Source: Terracidiphilus sp. (lineage in GTDB: Bacteria > Acidobacteriota > Terriglobia > Terriglobales > Acidobacteriaceae). From it: a stretch of 47,127 nucleotides of DNA. The notes beneath the pieces were generated by a model, which saw nothing but the letters and a program-made list of their open reading frames with translations, searched no databases and was not told where the DNA came from. Both the position numbers and the translations under genes were made by a program. The DNA lies in NCBI GenBank assembly GCA_049590315.1, contig JBAWCO010000594.1, positions 1 through 47,127 of the forward strand, in the 5' to 3' direction. Of this stretch, positions 47,014 to 47,127 are shown piece after piece; position 1 is the stretch's first letter; the number at the start of each line of letters is the position of its first letter.

Positions 47014-47127
47014 CCGGGATCGAAGCTCATGGCGATTTGGTGCAAAACCCCGATGGCACGATTTGCAGTCGTTTATGCGCTGGCGGCGCATAATTGCTGT
47101 GAGCCGGATCTCAACTGGATTCGTTTC

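Noticed and set aside
47054..47067. TGGCACGATTTGCA, a sigma-54-like sequence at the right edge
   Set aside because: GG-to-GC spacing is 8 nt. The overlapping TGCAAA-N15-TTTGCA repeat is too short to call without context.
1..47127. CRISPR arrays, tRNA/rRNA genes, transposases, integrases or phage genes
   Set aside because: No regularly spaced repeats or recognisable motifs seen by eye; short RNAs cannot be fully excluded without a covariance-model scan.

Overview
A 47 kb window from a GC-rich bacterium, most likely an Acidobacteriota member, inferred from two long Oar-like/carboxypeptidase-regulatory-domain TonB-dependent receptor genes. Left part (1-16 kb): a 5'-truncated TonB-dependent receptor, a GntR/FadR regulator, a soluble multi-PAS histidine kinase with two receiver proteins (REC-HDOD and REC-degenerate HD), and glutamate synthase gltBD. 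Right part (16.3-47 kb): a ~31 kb purine/N-heterocycle catabolic island. It holds a complete aerobic guanine-to-glyoxylate route: guanine deaminase, three-subunit xanthine dehydrogenase with XdhC and MocA-like maturation factors, uricase, UraH, UraD, AllB, AllC, AllE and a plant-type ureidoglycolate amidohydrolase. Interleaved with it are gene sets this pathway does not explain: (i) a divergent module of second deaminase, FAD oxidoreductase, creatininase-like, CocE/NonD hydrolase, ThiY/NMT1-type ABC transporter, DUF3891 and amidase; (ii) RidA, formamidase, AtzH/HpxZ and a TonB receptor; (iii) an exported Cys-less molybdopterin-fold (PruR-like)/cytochrome c fusion with DUF2165 and MocA. These are the best candidates for an undescribed system, possibly for scavenging pterins or modified purines. 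Several genes appear to use leaderless promoters. No rRNA, tRNA, CRISPR or transposase was seen. All calls rest on motif recognition by eye; no searches were run.
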